The notes under the pieces: model-generated
What the model saw: the letters and a program-made list of their open reading frames with translations, nothing else
Told to the model about the DNA's origin: nothing
The model's database searches: none
Part shown: in pieces, positions 28,904 to 38,389 of the stretch
Layout of the letters: each line of letters begins with the position of its first letter
How positions within the stretch are numbered: the first letter of the stretch is position 1
Made by a program: the position numbers and the translations under genes
NCBI GenBank assembly: GCA_021731625.1
Contig: JAKFXC010000042.1
Location: 640 to 54,399, forward strand
DNA: 53,760 bases
Direction: 5' to 3'
DNA from: Candidatus Omnitrophota bacterium
GTDB taxonomy: Bacteria; Omnitrophota; Gorgyraeia; Zapsychrales; Fredricksoniimonadaceae

Positions 28904-29094
28904 TTGAATATGATGGTTACCCCTCTAGAGTATACGAAATCGATGGCGCTGACAAAAGCCCCCAACATGAGGGAAGCAAAAACGACAATCAGCGTTGAGT
29001 CCACCAATTCGCGGCGGGTGGGCCAGGAGACTTTTCTCATCTCGGCGATCACTTCGCTGATAAATGTACGGATTTTGGTAATCATAGCAATCAT
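28900..29094 (-). CDS. secE: preprotein translocase subunit SecE
   Basis: EMRKVSWPTR motif plus one TM helix; start 29094 or 29085. Confidence 0.93.
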   Translation of the reverse strand: MIAMITKIRTFISEVIAEMRKVSWPTRRELVDSTLIVVFASLMLGAFVSAIDFVYSRGVTIIFK

Positions 29095-29096
29095 GA

Positions 29097-29327
29097 GTTC
29101 TCGCCCTGCCCAACTCAAACCAGGCCTGGCAGGACTCCGCTCGGCCTACGGCCTCGCTAGAACCTGTCGCTCCTTGCCTTCGGCAATTCGCTCCCCATAG
29201 GGGCGAAGCCCCTATGGCGCTCCTCACTGCGGTGGTCGCTGTCACCCCAAAAACGTGGGGAAAATTTTTCCCCACACCCCTTTTAGGTTCTCGCCCTGCC
29301 CAATTTAAAACAGGCCTGGCAGGACTC
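29097..29327. repeat. 41-bp direct repeat (tRNA-Trp 3' end plus flank) with 190-bp period, enclosing a hairpin array
   Basis: gttctcgccctgcccaa(ctc/ttt)aaa(c/a)caggcctggcaggactc at 29097-29137 and 29287-29327. Confidence 0.85.
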
Positions 29328-29384
29328 GAACCTGCAACGCACGGTTTTGGAGACCGTCGCTCTACCAATTGGAGCTACAGGCCT
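29311..29384 (-). tRNA. tRNA-Trp (CCA)
   Basis: AGGCCTGTAGCTCCAATTGGTAGAGCGACGGTCT-CCA-AAACCGTGCGTTGCAGGTTCGAGTCCTGCCAGGCCTG; 3' CCA not encoded. Confidence 0.97.
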
Positions 29385-29420
29385 ATGGCGTCAGGTTTAA
29401 TTGCCGTACAAGACGGCAAC

Positions 29421-29573
29421 CTACTTCTTGGTTTCCTTATGCGCGACGTGTTTTCGGCAAAAAGGACAAAATTTCTTAAGCTCCAGGCGCTCTGGCTTTT
29501 TGCGTTTGTCCTTGGTGCTGTTGTAGTTGATTCGATTGCACTCGGTGCACTGAAAATGAATTGTCTCGCGCAT
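29421..29573 (-). CDS. rpmG: 50S ribosomal protein L33 (Zn-binding type)
   Basis: Hand translation [50 protein letters not shown] (50 aa). Confidence 0.97.
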   Translation of the reverse strand: MRETIHFQCTECNRINYNSTKDKRKKPERLELKKFCPFCRKHVAHKETKK

Positions 29574-29642
29574 ATCCTAATTTCTTTTGTGCGCTCCTCC
29601 GGCAACGCCGGAGTCACAGAAGATGATTGATGTTGGGTGCTA

Positions 29643-29715
29643 AGCCCCCGAGCGGGATTGAACCGCTGGCCTCGTCCTTACCAAGGACGTGCTCTACCAA
29701 CTGAGCTACAGGGGC
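29643..29715 (-). tRNA. tRNA-Thr (GGT)
   Basis: GCCCCTGTAGCTCAGTTGGTAGAGCACGTCCTT-GGT-AAGGACGAGGCCAGCGGTTCAATCCCGCTCGGGGGCT. Confidence 0.97.
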
Positions 29716-29745
29716 AAACTTCCAAAGACGACCAAAATTTACTTC

Positions 29746-29894
29746 AGAGAAGTTTGCCCCAGTCCTGACTCCCTTAAAAATTGTTCCTAGAAAAGTCAGG
29801 GCAGGGGCCCATTACTTAACTAAAAAATCTGAGAGAAACTTGCCCCCGCCCTTGTTTCCTTAACATCTTGTGTATACAAACAAGGGCAGGCGCA
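29746..29894 (-). repeat. two tandem diverged ~62-bp stem-loop units in the tRNA-Thr leader
   Basis: Units at 29746-29808 and 29832-29893 share agagaa..ttgcccc...ccttaa...agggcagg.gc, with covarying stems. Confidence 0.65.
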
Positions 29895-29969
29895 TCCAAA
29901 CCTTGGCAATTCCAAAAGAGCTGTCGCATTTAAAAGCAGCTGCAGCGACTTCAAAATAAAGGAACGTAA

Positions 29970-29998
29970 AGTATATCGGTATCTATACATATTGTCAA
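29970..29998 (-). promoter_or_regulatory. sigma70 promoter for the tRNA-Thr/rpmG/secE supercluster
   Basis: TTGACA-17 bp-TATACT on the minus strand. Confidence 0.8.
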
Positions 29999-30006
29999 AC
30001 ATTTTT

Positions 30007-31146
30007 TTAGAATTGCCGCAACCGCAGGAAGCGGCGCTTGCCGATTTTTAAAACCCCCTGACGAGGGACCCAATGCTCATCGCAAATGACTGCCCCTTCA
30101 TGGGTCACAGCCCCCTCCTGCAGCAGGCGGCGGCCTTCATTCTTCGAAGAAATAATTTTCGCAACACTAAGAATATCCAAGAGTTTCTCTCCAGATGAAA
30201 TTATAACTTCCGGCACACTGTCGGGGACTTCGTGTTGGCTGAAGGTGCGCTCAAAATCCTGACGGGCCCTCAATCCCGCTCCCGGAGCGCAAAACATATC
30301 CACCATGGTCTGGGCAAGCTGCAATTTTGCCTCTTTCGGATGCATGGCCTTGACCTTTGCCAAATCCGCATCCGTCAACAGTTCAAAGTAGCGCAGCATC
30401 AACTCATCGGAAATCGACATCACTTTGCCAAATATATCGCCCGGTTTCTCATTGATGCCAATGGTATTGCCGACCGACTTGCTCATTTTCTGGATGCCGT
30501 CCGTGCCTTCCAGCAACGGGGTCATCAAGACCACCTGCGGCGACTGCCCATAACTCTCCTGCATTTGCCGCCCCATGAGCAGATTGAATTTCTGGTCGGT
30601 GCCACCCAATTCCACGTCTGCTTTTAAATGCACGGAGTCATAACCTTGCAGCAGCGGATAAATAAATTCCAGCAAGCTGATTTCCCGGCCGGATTCAAAA
30701 CGTTTCTTGAAATCGGCGCGGGCCAGCATTTGCGCCACACTCGAATGTGCGGTCAGCTGCAATAAATCCGCCGGTGTCAATTGATTAAGCCATTGGCTGT
30801 TAAACACGATTTCCGTTTTTTTAGGGTCCAAAATTTTAAAAACTTGGGCTTTATAAGTTTGCGCGTTGACGGAAATTTCCTGGGGCGACATTTTTTTGCG
30901 CAGTTCGTTGCGGCCGGTGGGATCGCCGATCTGGGCGGTGAAATCGCCGATTAAAAAGAAAATCCTGTGCCCTAGGTCTTGGAATTGTTTGAGTTTGCGC
31001 AGCAACACCACGTGGCCCAGATGCAAATCCGGTGCCGTGGGATCAAAACCGGCTTTCACAGACAAAGGCCGACCCTCGGCCAATTTCTTGGCCAGGTCCG
31101 CACGGCTAATGATCTCCGTGGTGCCGCGTTCAATTGTTTGGAGCAT
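30007..31146 (-). CDS. tyrS: tyrosine--tRNA ligase
   Basis: [35 protein letters not shown]-terminal S4-like domain. Confidence 0.98.
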   Translation of the reverse strand: MLQTIERGTTEIISRADLAKKLAEGRPLSVKAGFDPTAPDLHLGHVVLLRKLKQFQDLGHRIFFLIGDFTAQIGDPTGRNELRKKMSPQEISVNAQTYKAQVFKILDPKKTEIVFNSQWLNQLTPADLLQLTAHSSVAQMLARADFKKRFESGREISLLEFIYPLLQGYDSVHLKADVELGGTDQKFNLLMGRQMQESYGQSPQVVLMTPLLEGTDGIQKMSKSVGNTIGINEKPGDIFGKVMSISDELMLRYFELLTDADLAKVKAMHPKEAKLQLAQTMVDMFCAPGAGLRARQDFERTFSQHEVPDSVPEVIISSGEKLLDILSVAKIISSKNEGRRLLQEGAVTHEGAVICDEHWVPRQGVLKIGKRRFLRLRQF

Positions 31147-31147
31147 T

Positions 31148-32719
31148 TTACAGACGAGCGCTGACGCCGATTTTCATACCTTCGACATCAACTTTGATGA
31201 TTTTGACCTGCAGGCGGTCGCCGGGTTTTAAAGCCGCCGCCTGGGTCTTGTCGATTTCGGAAGAGTACACCAATGCCTCAATCTCTTCTTCCAATTTGAC
31301 GAACACGCCAAAGTTGGAATTCATCACCACCTGGGCCTGCACGATACAGCCGACTGGAAATCTGGCGGCGATGTCGCTCCAAGGGTTGGGTTGCAGTTGT
31401 TTCAAGCCCAAGGTAATCTTGCGGGCCTCGGCATCCACTCCCAGGACAGACACTTCCACTTCCTGACCCTTGTGCAGCACTTCCTGCGGATGGTTGATTT
31501 TCTTGGTCCAGGACATATCGGAGACGTGGATCATGCCCTCCAAGCCGCCTTCGAGTTCCACAAAGGCACCATAATCGGTGAAGCCGCGCACGGCGCCTTT
31601 GACAACGCCACCGACGGTGAATTTGGCTGCGGCACTGACCCAAGGATTTTCTTCCAGCTGTTTCATGCTCAGGGAAATCCGCTTGGCGTCCTTGTCCACA
31701 TTGATGATTTGCACTTCAATGGTGTCCCCTAATTTAAACATTTCCTGAGGATTGACCATTTTTTTCTGCCAGGTGATTTCAGAGGAATGCAAAAGTCCTT
31801 CGATCCCTTTGTCGATTTCCACAAACACACCATAAGGCATGATGTTGACAATCTTGCCCTTGATGCGGGAGCCGGCCGGGAATTTGGCCACGGCATCGTC
31901 CCAGGGGTTGCTAGCAATTTGCTTTAAACCTAACGAAACCTTGGAATTGTCTTTGTCGAAATCCAGAATGAGCACTTCAATCTTTTGGCCGACCGCCACA
32001 ACTTCGGAAGGATGATTGATGCGGCTCCAGCTCATGTCCGTGATGTGCAAGAGGCCGTCAACGCCGCCTAAGTCGATGAAAGCGCCAAAATCAGTGATGC
32101 CCTTAACAACGCCCCGGCGTTTCTGCCCTTTTTTAAGTTCGCCCCAAAGTTTGGCACGCACTTCTTCGCGCTCTTTCTGCACCATTTCCCGGCGGGAAAG
32201 AATGAGATTGCGGCGCTGTTTGTTCATCTTAGCGACGACGAATTTATAAGTGTGGGTGGTGATGTCATGGTTGGAAAGGCCTTTAAACGCGGACAAGGAC
32301 ATGGGCAAAAATGCTTCCACGCCAAAAACGTCCACGATGTATCCGCCCTTGACCGCCCGGACCACGCGGCCTTCGACCACGTCGCCCTCGTTTAAATCAT
32401 CGGCAATTTTCTGCCAGCCCTTCAAACGCTCAGCCTTGGAATAGGACAAAATCAAACGGCCATTGTCGTCTTCAATATTTTCAATCAAAACTTCCAGCTG
32501 CTGGCCGACGGTAAGCTCGGATGGATTGCGGAACTCTTCGATGGGAACAAAGCCTTCGGACTTAAAACCGATATCGACGATCACCTCTTTCTGATTGATC
32601 GCCGCGACGGTGCCTTTGACAACCTCGCCTTCCTTAATGTCCTTTAAGGTGCTGGCGTAAAGCTCCTCCATTAATGATCGTTCATCGTTCATTGCTTTAA
32701 CGTCCTCTTTTCTATCCAT
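31148..32719 (-). CDS. rpsA: 30S ribosomal protein S1
   Basis: Six S1 repeats ([21 protein letters not shown] and similar). Confidence 0.96.
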   Translation of the reverse strand: MDRKEDVKAMNDERSLMEELYASTLKDIKEGEVVKGTVAAINQKEVIVDIGFKSEGFVPIEEFRNPSELTVGQQLEVLIENIEDDNGRLILSYSKAERLKGWQKIADDLNEGDVVEGRVVRAVKGGYIVDVFGVEAFLPMSLSAFKGLSNHDITTHTYKFVVAKMNKQRRNLILSRREMVQKEREEVRAKLWGELKKGQKRRGVVKGITDFGAFIDLGGVDGLLHITDMSWSRINHPSEVVAVGQKIEVLILDFDKDNSKVSLGLKQIASNPWDDAVAKFPAGSRIKGKIVNIMPYGVFVEIDKGIEGLLHSSEITWQKKMVNPQEMFKLGDTIEVQIINVDKDAKRISLSMKQLEENPWVSAAAKFTVGGVVKGAVRGFTDYGAFVELEGGLEGMIHVSDMSWTKKINHPQEVLHKGQEVEVSVLGVDAEARKITLGLKQLQPNPWSDIAARFPVGCIVQAQVVMNSNFGVFVKLEEEIEALVYSSEIDKTQAAALKPGDRLQVKIIKVDVEGMKIGVSARL

Positions 32720-32773
32720 GGAATTCTTTGAAGGTTCGCGCGGGATTAAAATGCGGATTTCAAAGTAAAAAGA

Positions 32774-32801
32774 ATTATCCCAAAAACTTCAGAAAAGTCA
32801 A
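32774..32801 (-). promoter_or_regulatory. putative sigma70 promoter for rpsA-tyrS
   Basis: TTGACT-16 bp-GATAAT with TGn extension. Confidence 0.5.
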
Positions 32802-32802
32802 A

Positions 32803-35607
32803 TTAAATCTGCGGTAATCCTATCAAAGGCCAAATGCTGGCGGGGGTGATGCGGTAAATCACCGGCCGAAGTTCGTGAATGCCTTCGCGTTTGAAACGGG
32901 CCACCATGGCAGGATCAACATTCATTTGGACACCTTGTCCGACCTTACGCAGGTTCGTGCTCATGCCCTTGGTGGTTAGGTCAATGCCGCCCTGCACGGC
33001 TATGGCCGTATCGGGATAGAGCGCCTTTAAGATAGTCATTTGCTGCTCGATGGTGGTGATCAATCCCGCCGTGGCTGGTGTGAACAATGATGCCTGTTTT
33101 CTGATATCGAGGAAGGCTTGAGCCTGAGCTAAAATTTCAGCGATCTTCTGCTTGGACCGGGCCTTATCCTCATCTTGGGGACCACGCGTAACGGTTGCAC
33201 GCATATCCATCCACGGCTCATTCATGGCCTGGGTGGTTTTCACGGGCAACGCAATGTCCCCATCCATGGGGAACTGGGCTATGGTAGAGATCATTTTTTG
33301 TATTGCTGACACGGCCAAACCGGCGGGGTAGGGTTGAACATCCTTCAAAAACATTAGACCGTCTACGACTTGCAGAGCCACGACAGCATCTCGGCCAATG
33401 GGTTGGCGAGACTTGATCCCCTGCATGTGATCTATGTATTCCTTCGGGATCAATGCCACTGCCTTCACCCCATATTGAGACTCCAGTTCTTCAGGCGTGA
33501 GCGTATTCTTCAACCGCACGAACACAAAATTATCTGCCTCATTGACAAAGAGAATGTCAAAGTCCTTGCCAAAATACAGCGGCCCGGGTAAATCGAAAAA
33601 AGCCCGACGAAAACCAGTATCCAAAGTACTCAATAAGGGGTCTTCCGAAAGCAGTTGCAGGCGGCGCATTGCTTCGGGAGAGCTCGATATCCGTCGGGCC
33701 GTATCCCTTGCCCAGCTAGTCATGGCGGAGTCTAACGGTCTGGGAGACATCCCATCTAGGGTTTGGGGGCGTCCGGCATCCTTATCTCTGTGTAACGCGT
33801 TTCTCAAGTCCAAATTGGAAAATATAGACTCAATCTCGCTTAACCAAACTTGAATCCGACGTAACATGGCTCGGTCAGAAAACTCCAAAGCATGTGCATT
33901 GATTTTCCAGGCATTGTTACTCAGTTGTTTTAAATTGCTCCACCACCCATCCATTTTCAGTAAGCTGACGGATTGACGTTTCTTTAGGGTTGCCGCAAAT
34001 GGACCTATATCCCTGCGCAAATCATTCAATTGACGTGTGGCCTTCAAATAAGTCAGAGAAACGGTGGCTGGTCGCGTTGAGGAAACAAGCGAGTCCACAA
34101 GTGTATCTATGCGGCGCGTTTGGCCACCCACTGAGTCTGTCATATCCAAACCGTCAAATAAAAGCGTTAGCTCCTGCAGCGCGGCCTTAAGCTGTTGTAC
34201 ATCTGTTTTATCCGCAGGAAATAAAGGCCACTCCTTGATCCCATTCGCCTCTCTCAACAATTGTTTAAGCTCGAGTGTTACCTGACTAACCGCGGCAAAC
34301 GTTGGCTTGACATATTCTGTCGTCAGGAAACTGCGTATTTTGCCATAAAGAATTTTCATTTTTCTCATGGGTCTTACCATCGAGCGCGGGAAATCTGCTT
34401 TTTGGGATATGGTTTTAAGCGTTTCCAATTGTTGCTGGATAGCTTCAAAAACCGTCATAGCGGCATCGGCAGTAGGATTAAACCAAGCATGCATGCGGAC
34501 CACGCCATTCTTTTCCATGCCTTTCCCAAAAGCGCGTCCTAACATGGCGAAATTCTGTGGCGTCATCTGATGCAGGGGCAGATCGTGGGCAATAGTGATG
34601 CCACCGGAGAAATATTTGCGCGGCACCGATTGGCCGGCTACGCGATCGTCCTTAATCAAGTTAAAAACACCCCTTTTGTACGCGTCTAAATAGCGTTTAT
34701 AGATCTGTTCCTTGAGGGTCTTATCTGCAATCGTTATGCCTTTGACATGCGCCTGGTCTGCATACGCCTGGTTGAGCAATGCTTCCTTGAGATTTCTCTT
34801 GTACCAGCTGGCCAAAATCAAGGAATTAAAAATCTGGCGGAGATTGGCGAAATTTTTACCGGTATTGACCTCTTTTTCAATGACCGGGAGGATGATCTCT
34901 CGCACAATGTTCTTTACCGACGAGGATTGAGGGTTTAGCCTGAATCCGGCCCCCTTGCTGTTTTTACTCAGCGCCTGGTAATCGTCCTCAAGCATGACTT
35001 TCAGATGCTTGTCCACCACAAATACGGTCTGACCGCGTTCAAAGATTTCCGCTTTATCCGCCACGATCCAAACTTTATTGAAGGTATTGACCGGCAGCTG
35101 GGTGGCCCCGGCCACCTGTTGGGCTTGGGCGTAGACCTTGTCCCAAAAGTTCTTGCCGATTTCCTTTTCAGGATATATTAGGGAAGCGGTGATTTGTTTA
35201 AGGAGATAGTCCTGGGCCAAAAGATCCCGACCCATTTCGGTTTGACTTAAAGCCTGCGGCATGGTGCGGTCTTTTTCATAAGGGGAGAGATTAACCCATA
35301 GGTCACGCTCAGGGATGGCCAAACTCGCCAAAAAGTATTTGATGAGCTTCTCGCCTTCGGTTTTAAGGGCATTCCCAGCCACTCTGTCCTGGCCCATATC
35401 GACGATAAAATCAAATAGAAAAGGATTATCTTTGTGAATCGTCAGGCCTTTGATGAGCGGAGGTTCAAAAGCAGAACTTAAAGGCACCATCACCCCCGGT
35501 TTCGGGAGCGATTCGATGTACGGCTGGGAGTGGCCAATTGGAATAGGCGTTAGGACCGTCGATAAGAAACAAACAAGGACACCCGGACACAGTGTCCTTT
35601 TAAGCAT
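32803..35607 (-). CDS. 934-aa secreted modular hypothetical protein (conserved-looking N-domain, DxAM-delimited modules, C-terminal GGIDL domain)
   Basis: Long ORF with hydrophobic N-terminal signal-like segment and recurring D/T-x-A-M motifs; resemblance to an Omnitrophota protein family is from recall, not a search. Confidence 0.85.
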   Translation of the reverse strand: MLKRTLCPGVLVCFLSTVLTPIPIGHSQPYIESLPKPGVMVPLSSAFEPPLIKGLTIHKDNPFLFDFIVDMGQDRVAGNALKTEGEKLIKYFLASLAIPERDLWVNLSPYEKDRTMPQALSQTEMGRDLLAQDYLLKQITASLIYPEKEIGKNFWDKVYAQAQQVAGATQLPVNTFNKVWIVADKAEIFERGQTVFVVDKHLKVMLEDDYQALSKNSKGAGFRLNPQSSSVKNIVREIILPVIEKEVNTGKNFANLRQIFNSLILASWYKRNLKEALLNQAYADQAHVKGITIADKTLKEQIYKRYLDAYKRGVFNLIKDDRVAGQSVPRKYFSGGITIAHDLPLHQMTPQNFAMLGRAFGKGMEKNGVVRMHAWFNPTADAAMTVFEAIQQQLETLKTISQKADFPRSMVRPMRKMKILYGKIRSFLTTEYVKPTFAAVSQVTLELKQLLREANGIKEWPLFPADKTDVQQLKAALQELTLLFDGLDMTDSVGGQTRRIDTLVDSLVSSTRPATVSLTYLKATRQLNDLRRDIGPFAATLKKRQSVSLLKMDGWWSNLKQLSNNAWKINAHALEFSDRAMLRRIQVWLSEIESIFSNLDLRNALHRDKDAGRPQTLDGMSPRPLDSAMTSWARDTARRISSSPEAMRRLQLLSEDPLLSTLDTGFRRAFFDLPGPLYFGKDFDILFVNEADNFVFVRLKNTLTPEELESQYGVKAVALIPKEYIDHMQGIKSRQPIGRDAVVALQVVDGLMFLKDVQPYPAGLAVSAIQKMISTIAQFPMDGDIALPVKTTQAMNEPWMDMRATVTRGPQDEDKARSKQKIAEILAQAQAFLDIRKQASLFTPATAGLITTIEQQMTILKALYPDTAIAVQGGIDLTTKGMSTNLRKVGQGVQMNVDPAMVARFKREGIHELRPVIYRITPASIWPLIGLPQI

Positions 35608-35684
35608 GCGAAAGGCTCTAGAGGGAGGCGTGGGGTTGATGAAATAAGCTTAGCATACTCTTATCAAAATGCAACTTTGGGGGG

Positions 35685-36269
35685 CTAGCGACTTGCGTAA
35701 ATGCTCTTAAGAATTGCATCCGCAGTGCTCTGATATGAGCTGTTCGCATCATAGGACACGGCAGGTCCGAAGCGCACGGTTACCGGGTGGCGGTTAAAAA
35801 ATTTGCTACCCGGAGGCATCACCTTCTGGGTGCCCTTGACAAAAACCGGGATCACCGGGACATTGGTTTTCATAGCCAGGAATCCCACCCCGGCCTGGGC
35901 CTTGGCAGGCGTGTCGCCGATGCGGCGGGTGCCCTCCACAAAAATCAACACTGGTTTCCCCTTGCGTAAGCGTTTGACCGCCTCCCTGAGGGCCCCGAAA
36001 TCCGCTTCATTGCGTTTGACCGGGAATGCCCCCAGCTTAGTCAAAAAAAAGCCCAGCGGCTGTTTTTGGAACAGCTCGAACTTTGCCATAAAATTAATGC
36101 GGCGACCGCAAGAAATCCCTAAAACCACGGGGTCCAGGTTGCTGACATGGTTGCTGGCGATGATACACCCCCCTTGAGGAGGAATGTGATCAATACCATA
36201 AACGGTGCGGGGAAAATAAAGAGCGCTTAAGACAAATTTCGTAAGAAAATATGTAAAGTAGTAAATCAT
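35685..36269 (-). CDS. plsC: 1-acyl-sn-glycerol-3-phosphate acyltransferase
   Basis: NHVSNLD (HxxxxD) and FVEGTR motifs. Confidence 0.9.
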   Translation of the reverse strand: MIYYFTYFLTKFVLSALYFPRTVYGIDHIPPQGGCIIASNHVSNLDPVVLGISCGRRINFMAKFELFQKQPLGFFLTKLGAFPVKRNEADFGALREAVKRLRKGKPVLIFVEGTRRIGDTPAKAQAGVGFLAMKTNVPVIPVFVKGTQKVMPPGSKFFNRHPVTVRFGPAVSYDANSSYQSTADAILKSIYASR

Positions 36270-37669
36270 CCGTTTGAATTGGGATCGATAAATTTGCGGC
36301 CAAACTCAATCAGGGACCTGGCGCGTTTGAGTGATTTTGCCTCGGCGTAAATGCGCACCAGCGGCTCGGTGCCCGAGGGACGGAACATCAACCAATCTTC
36401 GTTGGCGCAAATCAATTTGACCCCGTCGAAATCTTTGGCAGCCACCACCTGTGTGCCCAATATGTCCTTGAGGGTCTTAAGGTGATCCAAATTGACTTTC
36501 TTGGCGTCCATGGTGTAGTCCAGCCGCAGATAATAGTAGCGGCCGAATTCTTTTTCCATGTCATCAATGAGCTGTTTGAAATTGCGTTTGTTGTAGACCA
36601 TCATTTCCAAAAGCAGGAGCCCGGCCAAGGTGCCGTCGCGCTCGGGGATGTAATTGGGAAGCCCCATGCCGCCGGCCTCTTCCCCCCCAGCCACAATTTT
36701 CTTGGTGAGCATCAAATCCGAGATGTACTTAAAGCCCACGGGGGTCTCGTACAGAGGGCGACCCAATTTTTGGGCAATGTGATCATAGAGGGTGGACCCG
36801 CACAAGGTCTTGACAATGCCGCCTTCAATGTTGCGGTTGCGGGCCAAATGTAGAATGAGCAAGCCGAGGATCTTTTGCGGCGAAACAAACTCGCCCCCGG
36901 GGGCCACGGCAGCCACGCGGTCCGCATCACCATCGAGCACGTGCCCGAAATCGAATTTCTCCTTTTTCATGCGCCCGATGAGGACGGCCAAACATTCGGG
37001 GATGGGTTCCGGCTTGCTACCGTCAAATCCGGGATTGTAATCGGCCCGCATCAGCTCCAGGCGCACCTTGGTGCCTTTGAGGATCTGTACCATCAAATCG
37101 CGGCCGGACCCGTGCATAATGTCGGCCAGCACGCGGTATTTGGCGTTTTTGATTTTTTTCATGTCCAAATACTTGCGGATAAACTGAACGTAGGCGACCT
37201 TGTAGTCGTGCATGAGAATAGGCTGGGCAGCGGTCTTGATTGCGGCCTGGCCAATATACGATTCAATTTTGCCGGTGATGTCTTTGGAAGCGGCCCCACC
37301 CTGCGCGGTCTTGATTTTAATACCGTTGAACTTTGCCGGGTTGTGGCTGGCCGTGATCATGATGCCGCAGGCAGCTTTCAGCAAGGTGACGCCGTAGCTT
37401 AATGCTGGGGTCGGTACCGAGGAGTCGGACAAATACACCGTGAGGCCGTTGCCCGCCAATACTTCCGCAAAAGTGCGGGCATATTCCTGGGACAGAAAGC
37501 GATTGTCATACCCCACCGCCGCCTTTTTCGGCGCTCCTGGATTGTCCTTTATAACCCAATCCGCCGTAGCCTGAGCCACAATACGGACATTCTTAAAGGT
37601 AAAGGTATCAGAAATAACAGCCCGCCAACCATCGGTACCGAACCTTATTTCACTCTTTGGGTCGTCCAT
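36266..37669 (-). CDS. phosphoglucomutase/phosphomannomutase family protein
   Basis: FGTDGWR, TASHNP, DGDADR, GGEEAGG, RPSGTEP. Confidence 0.93.
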   Translation of the reverse strand: MDDPKSEIRFGTDGWRAVISDTFTFKNVRIVAQATADWVIKDNPGAPKKAAVGYDNRFLSQEYARTFAEVLAGNGLTVYLSDSSVPTPALSYGVTLLKAACGIMITASHNPAKFNGIKIKTAQGGAASKDITGKIESYIGQAAIKTAAQPILMHDYKVAYVQFIRKYLDMKKIKNAKYRVLADIMHGSGRDLMVQILKGTKVRLELMRADYNPGFDGSKPEPIPECLAVLIGRMKKEKFDFGHVLDGDADRVAAVAPGGEFVSPQKILGLLILHLARNRNIEGGIVKTLCGSTLYDHIAQKLGRPLYETPVGFKYISDLMLTKKIVAGGEEAGGMGLPNYIPERDGTLAGLLLLEMMVYNKRNFKQLIDDMEKEFGRYYYLRLDYTMDAKKVNLDHLKTLKDILGTQVVAAKDFDGVKLICANEDWLMFRPSGTEPLVRIYAEAKSLKRARSLIEFGRKFIDPNSNG

Positions 37670-37695
37670 ACTATATTTCCTCGTTTCGATTGTAT

Positions 37696-37862
37696 TTTAG
37701 GATCAGTTATGATGTTCGGCACAATAAGGAACTTTTTGCCAGTGTTTGCGAGGCTTTACGTCGAGAAAATTAATATAATAAATTCTACTATAAAATTTTC
37801 GAGACGTAAACCGAAGCAAACGGCAAAAATGTTCCGTGCCGAACATCATAACTGATCCTAAA
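37696..37862. repeat. 167-bp imperfect palindromic element, family A copy 2
   Basis: Perfect 27-bp terminal inverted repeat tttaggatcagttatgatgttcggcac / gtgccgaacatcataactgatcctaaa; core matches the reverse complement of 534-700. Confidence 0.9.
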
Positions 37863-38373
37863 CATATAGTCGGTACCGCCTAATATATCCAATAACCCGA
37901 TCCGGAGTCAAATAACGGATGGATTTCCCGCTCTTGACGAGCCGGCGGATCTCTGACGACGAAATATTAAACCATGAGCGACTGACCGCAATGAAACAGG
38001 CCAAGCGCACAATCTCGGAAAAATACTTCCAGGACTCCAAGCGGTCGATGTTGTCTTCCCCCACAATCCAAAACAACTGCGCCTTAGGGTGCTGGGCCCG
38101 GTAGACCCGCAGGGTGTCCACGGTGTAGGATATCCCGCCGCGTTTTAGCTCCTCGTCGCCCACCGCAAAAAACGGATTGCCCTGGATGGCCAGCTTGGCC
38201 ATATTCAACCGATGTGCCCCGCTTTGCACCGAGGCACTTGATTTATACGGCGAGCAATGTGCCGGCATGAAAATAACCTTGTCCAACTGCATTTTCTGGC
38301 GGGCCAGTTCCGCCATCAGCAAATGCCCGTTGTGGATGGGATCAAAAGACCCGCCTAAAATACCGATGCGCAA
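37858..38373 (-). CDS. nadD: nicotinate-nucleotide adenylyltransferase
   Basis: GGSFDPIHNGH, SYTVDTL, ISSSEIR; TTG start at 38373 after AAGGA. Confidence 0.93.
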   Translation of the reverse strand: MRIGILGGSFDPIHNGHLLMAELARQKMQLDKVIFMPAHCSPYKSSASVQSGAHRLNMAKLAIQGNPFFAVGDEELKRGGISYTVDTLRVYRAQHPKAQLFWIVGEDNIDRLESWKYFSEIVRLACFIAVSRSWFNISSSEIRRLVKSGKSIRYLTPDRVIGYIRRYRLYV

Positions 38374-38389
38374 ATTGTCCTTGTCTGCT

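Noticed and set aside
28925-29617. Track ORFs 28925-29368, 29214-29630 and 29375-29617
   Set aside because: They overlap tRNA-Trp and the true rpmG frame, so they are spurious.
29097-29894. Repeats near the tRNAs as a CRISPR array
   Set aside because: Each repeat has only two diverged units, with no regular repeat-spacer period and no cas genes.
29746-29894. Tandem hairpins as degenerate tRNA-Tyr/Gly genes
   Set aside because: No D-loop GG, TTC T-loop or cloverleaf can be drawn.
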